A stretch of 41,560 nucleotides of DNA from Halocafeteria seosinensis (lineage: Eukaryota), in contig LVLI01000794.1 of NCBI GenBank assembly GCA_001687465.1, positions 1 to 41,560 of the forward strand, in the 5' to 3' direction. Within the stretch, counting starts at the first letter, position 1; the number at the start of each line of letters is the position of its first letter. Both the position numbers and the translations under genes were made by a program. The notes under the pieces are model-generated. The model was not told the origin of the DNA and searched no databases. It saw nothing but the letters and a program-made list of their open reading frames with translations. This document shows positions 37,005 to 41,560 of the stretch, piece after piece.

Positions 37005-38167
37005 ATGAGAGCAGGACTGTTGAAAATTCTGCTGTTTGCTGCAAGCATTCACGCGGTGCATGCAACCATTGGGGTCAGTTTTAGCACGTAAGTCAGACAT
37101 GAGAATATCCTACGAACGTAGTCTTACCTTTCCTATACCTGGTAATGTTTAATTCAGCCGCTCTCCTGGCTCTCATGAGTGGACCATCGAGGTGAGTAGT
37201 CTAACACTATCTACCGTCATACGACATCAGTTTTCATGACTGGATGAGATGCGGTGGTATTTGTTACTGTGCAGGATCTCAAATGTGCGAAGCAGCATGG
37301 AGCCACCGTGAGCATTCCTCGCTGTTACTTCTCCGGTAATACCACCAACGAGGACTGCGCAAAATCTATCATCGATTGTAAGCTGTCATTGGATTGTTGG
37401 CTCTGCATATTGAATTTTACTGCTGGGTGTTATTGTTATGTGCTGCAAAGCCGCTTTAAACAGCTTGGAAAGCTGGCATGTCAGTAAGTTACTAATAAAA
37501 GGCTTGTGTGGTTATATGTGTTTGGCAGTAGCATCTATGATGAATCGTTGAGGTGTTCTTTGACTAAGACAGCGTAATACATTGTTTTAACTTTGTACTT
37601 TTTCTCACACAGGAAGTTCATATTCGCATGACAGTGTGCGCAAATTTTGTGGGAGACTGCACTCCTGAAGGTCAGGTCAAATACATGCTTAATACGTTAT
37701 CAAACAATGGAATATCTCCTTCAAACTCTCCGCCGTACACATATGACGTAAGCTTATGCATTGCAACTAATTATTCAGTACAAGCACTACTTCAGAATTT
37801 CGAGACTGGCTGATTGCAGAGAGTATGGGTGCAGCCGACAGTGGGGCTCTTCTGGACCAACGACAAGAAAAAGAACAAGGAATTTTTTAAGAGCATTATA
37901 AGTCATCTGGAGAAGGCAAACCAGACAATTGGAATTTATACGGAGATGCCAGGTGAAGCATGGAACAATACTTTTGGTGACTTCACCGAGTTAGGGGTAT
38001 ACCCATTATGGTATAAAACTACGGATGGCATCGCGAACTTTACAGATTTCCAACCCTTCCAAGGATGGTCGAAACCAACAATGAAACTATTTCATAGTTC
38101 CATCAACGTACTGGAGTGTGCTGCGTTGGCTGAAGTAGAAGTAAATTGGCTTCAAGGTCCAGAATAA
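37005..38167 (+). CDS. Secreted GH25/amoeba-type lysozyme-like protein, copy D; exons 37005-37087, 37158-37191, 37275-37377, 37464-37483, 37613-37747, 37820-38167
   Basis: Signal peptide MRAGLLKILLFAASIHAVHA, then LKCAKQHG...IPRCYFSG...DCAKSI, SWKAGMS, RVWVQPT, IGIYT and YPLWY...DGIANFTDFQPFQGWSKPTMK. The five intron positions and phases match copy C. Confidence 0.85.
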
Positions 38168-38680
38168 GTACAATTAGTTTTGTTAAGTCTAAAAACAGAA
38201 GCAATGGTACTGGAACTAGATGGTTTATTGTAGCACCAGGTACATTGTGTTAAAGTATCTCCCAGGACTTTGTACAACCAGGCACATCACCACCCATTTA
38301 ACCAGTTTGGGGCAGCTAATACGCACAGAAACCAATTTTATACATCCTAAGCATCCATAATCATCCAAGACGGTTTTTGTAGAATCCCCCTTTAACTTGA
38401 CATCTGAAAGTTGGCGACTTCAAGATCCGGGAGAATCCGTTTCTATTTCTGGATCCTGGGCCCCGGGGTCGGGTTCCTGCAGAGCCAGGTAGTGTTTAAG
38501 ACAACAAATCTGAATGAATCGCAAGTTCAAAACTTTACGGACTAACTGGCTGCTAATTTGATTGATTTGATGAGGCTGTCATTCTAGTCATTTTAACTCG
38601 TAAAACATGGTCTTCTATCAAGCTGTCCTCTTGGGGCTGCTAATAATCGGAATCTCGGGCCGAACGGCGGCGCTTCACAG

Positions 38681-40137
38681 ATGACACGTATTTTGATCCG
38701 AAACAAAGGATTATCTTCCTCTATTTGTGCGGAGAAGGCAAGTTCTGAAACTATCTCGTACAGATTGAAAGCGAAATCTAGTGTTTTAGAATGCAGGACC
38801 CTGTTCTGGGACTCCGAAAGGGTACGTCCGTACAGTCGCCAAGGCTCACAAGGCCTTGCTGCTCGCACTGGAACACCGATACTATGGGGAAAGTATCCCA
38901 AATGACAGTCTAGGAAATGAGAATCTGGTCTTTCTGACTGTAAGACAAGTAATTGTATGTCAATCGCGCTTCTCGCTTCCCGCAGCAAACACTTCCCGTG
39001 TAGCTCACTGAGCACGTTGTTAACTACAGGAAGACATTGCCAGCTTCTTGAAATGGTACAAGTCTCAAAAGTTGGAGAACATGATTGGAGAGTACTCATT
39101 GTAGGTGGAAGCTACCCGGGTGCACTCAGTTCTAGGTTTCGCACAGTTCATCCGGAGCTTGTGGAAGCTGCTTGGAGTTCCTCAGGAGTGGTTCATCCAA
39201 ATAGCAAGTTCTACGAGTTCGATGAGACGATAGCGTCAGCTGTTGGAGAATTTTGTGCTACTGCAATACGGGAGCAAATTGACGCATATGTTACGGCTAT
39301 CAATAACCGAAACGGAGCGAAAGCTAAGGGAATGTTGGCTTGGACAGTGGTACGGGAAACACGGATGTAAGTCGTTACAACCCTTTTATTGCAACAATAA
39401 CTGTTGCAGGAATTTTTCTAGATCTTGGTATGCAGTTTTATTACATGCTCGCTGATGCAACAGCAACGGCAGTACAGTATGACTACAAAGATATCATGTG
39501 CTCAGCAATGCAGCCAATTCCGAAAAGTGAAGAGGCGAAAATGAAAAACTACCGTATGTTATTGCCAGGAATTTCTTTGCGGGTAGAAATATGTAGCCTA
39601 TCGCATTTGGATCTTGCAGATAACTTCGTTGTCAACTTTGTGGGAAACAACTTTATCCACAGTTGCTTCTCCGATACCCGTTGCTTGCGGGGTAACCAGA
39701 CACGCTGGAGGCCGATGGCCCGGGCTTGGCGTTGGCAGAAGTGTACGGAGCTTGCCTTCTTTCAAAGCACCAAAGAACAATTTCATCCGACCGAAATCTA
39801 TCGATTTCGAGTATCATCTTGAGCAGTGTCGACGTGCCTTTAGTTACGCTAATTATGACGGTCCTTCAGGCAATAAAAGATAGATTTGGAGGAGCTGAGC
39901 CCAATAAAAGAATGCATCTCGAATTCTTTATTCAAATGGTTCCGACGATCCTTGGAAACACGCATCTGTTTTAAAGAACCTAACCAGCACACTACTTGAG
40001 TATACAGCGGTATGCGACGGTTGTGGTCACTCAAGAGATTTGCATCCTCCGGTCGCAACCGACCCTCATGCTATCAGCAGCGAAATTTGGAGGCGAGAAC
40101 ATTCAAGCACTGGTTTTCTAACAATTAGTGATAGTTG
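38681..40137 (+). pseudogene. Serine peptidase family S28 (prolyl carboxypeptidase/DPP7/TSSP-like), at least five frameshifts, 5' exon(s) not found
   Basis: IFLYLCGEG, ALEHRYYGESIP, LTVRQVIEDIA, GGSYPGALS (Ser), RAWRWQKCTELAFFQ, YSNGSDDPW (Asp) and GHSRDL (His) are spread over different frames. Confidence 0.85.
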
Positions 40138-40164
40138 AAGTTACTCACGCTCCGGACCTCCGGT

Positions 40165-40666
40165 ATTGCCGGAAGTCTCCGTCGACCCCAAACATGTTGG
40201 ACGGGAGAGACCTGTTATGGACCTTATCGCCAAGAGTCTTACCGCTACTATCTATCTGGATGTCAGCATACCAAACCCATTGACAGCCGATAGATTGCAG
40301 AGGACGGCGGCGAAACCCCTCTGCACAGCAGTGCTCACTGAAACGCGAAACGCAGGAAATACCATCACCTACGCAAGCCAGACACTGAGGTGATCCCCTT
40401 CGTGATAGAAGCAACAGGGGGGTTTGGGGACGACGCGAACAAATTTCTCAAAAGGATCGCCAAGAAAATACCAGCTTCACGGAGAGGCACCAGCGAGACT
40501 AGAAACTTCAGGAAATTAATGATGGCCAAATTATCCATCACGCTGATGAGGCGCAATGCACGGCTAATTGGAAACCTCAGGGATAACTTTCATCCCCAGG
40601 GTCTAGATTAGCGCAGTGCTCTTTCATAGCTTCTTCCGGTAGGATAAATACACACACACATTGCCG
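40165..40666 (+). mobile_element. 5'-truncated non-LTR retrotransposon 3' end (restriction-like endonuclease domain, CRE/R2-group-like) with a (CA)n tail
   Basis: RPVMDL...IYLDVSIPNP...ETR(K)RRKY...VIPFVIEATGGFGDDANKFLKRIA...KLSITLMRRNA, with one frameshift at ~40348. TAG at 40609-40611, a short 3' UTR, then ACACACACACA at 40650-40660. Confidence 0.75.
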
Positions 40667-41560
40667 AATGCAGTACAGTATTTTCAAAACTGCGGATGAC
40701 TCAACCATCCCTCACCCTTAAAATATGAATACTTCCATATGATAATCAATTGGATCATTCAAGACAAACCGCATATAGTAGTCAATATTCCCTCTGACTC
40801 TGAGCTTGGTGGTTGCATGACTTCGGCGGAGTACCGGTAGTAGTGCAACCCCGCACCAGGAGGCAATACCATCCGATTGTATTGCCTATTCATTTTTTTT
40901 ATGTGTGAGTGTTTGTTTTTCTCTCTCTGGGAGTTATCCTCAATCAATTGAATAGTATCTATCTTTCTGTGTTTCCAACACCTCGGGGGTAAGTTGTTGA
41001 ACCATGAAGCTATAGAAGCCATGAAAGACTTCTGCGAACGAGTTTGACCTACATATTGAAGATGGTATGCAGGATGTAATGGAAGATGGGCAATGAGCAT
41101 TCGTCTCCGAAATCTTCGTCCACCCTTCCCGGGAAGGGTGGTGACGAGGTTTCCGTGGATCATCCGGTGCGGCTCTCTACAGACGTATAGTTGAAAAGGA
41201 ACCATATCCCTTGGTTTATCTCTGAACTAACCACCATACACAGTTTAAAGGCGAAGGAGCGTCAGCTCTCTTGAGCCAAACTCCTTTTCACTACATCATT
41301 GTTTCACGGCAACTTCTCTGAAGTTGCGCACGGTATCCCATGAACCGGCTCGTCATGCATAGCTAGAGACTATAATGCGACATCCATGCAGTCTTTAGCT
41401 CTTCACAGTGTTTATCCATCAGGAGTTACAGGCGCGGACGATCACTCTAGACTCCTTCTATAGCGTGGCGAGATCCAGCACTCTTACTGCCTTTCGATCC
41501 CAGTCCACGCTTGGAGTCTGGGCGAGATTCGACTGTGACAATTGAAGCAGCCCTTAGAAG

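Noticed and set aside
40759..41205. 148-aa minus-strand ORF
   Set aside because: It has no recognisable motif and crosses simple repeats and an A-run, so it is probably spurious.
1..41560. Stop-codon reassignment as an explanation for fragmented ORFs
   Set aside because: Core genes are fully explained by GT-AG introns and end in TAA, TAG or TGA. The accessory lesions are frame changes, not in-frame stops.

Overview
Compact, gene-dense eukaryotic nuclear DNA using the standard code, with short GT-AG introns of mostly 60-100 nt. The centriole/cilium genes and lysosomal hydrolase families suggest a flagellated, probably phagotrophic protist; the taxon cannot be determined from this window. The window has three parts. 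(1) 1-2 kb: the C-terminal end of a Crinkler/RHS-type restriction-endonuclease-like ORF and a decayed spliced gene. (2) 2.3-31.3 kb: an intact core block with WRAP73-like WD40, TMEM120, nucleoplasmin-FKBP, RtcA, Prp16/DHX38, a CDKL kinase, a coiled-coil orphan, TBL1-like LisH-WD40, a DHHC palmitoyltransferase, a CTF[KQR]P-repeat protein and MRPL46. (3) 31.6-41.5 kb: an accessory block. It holds a head-to-head pair of intronless, frameshifted 7-repeat FG-GAP genes separated by a ~37-nt minisatellite, and a head-to-head pair of intact 6-exon GH25/amoeba-type lysozyme homologues that both lack the catalytic acidic residues. These are followed by a multiply frameshifted S28 peptidase and a 5'-truncated restriction-like-endonuclease non-LTR retroelement with a (CA)n tail. 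The pseudo-lysozyme pair and its secreted-protein island are the most interesting signal. All family calls come from manual motif recognition, not database searches.
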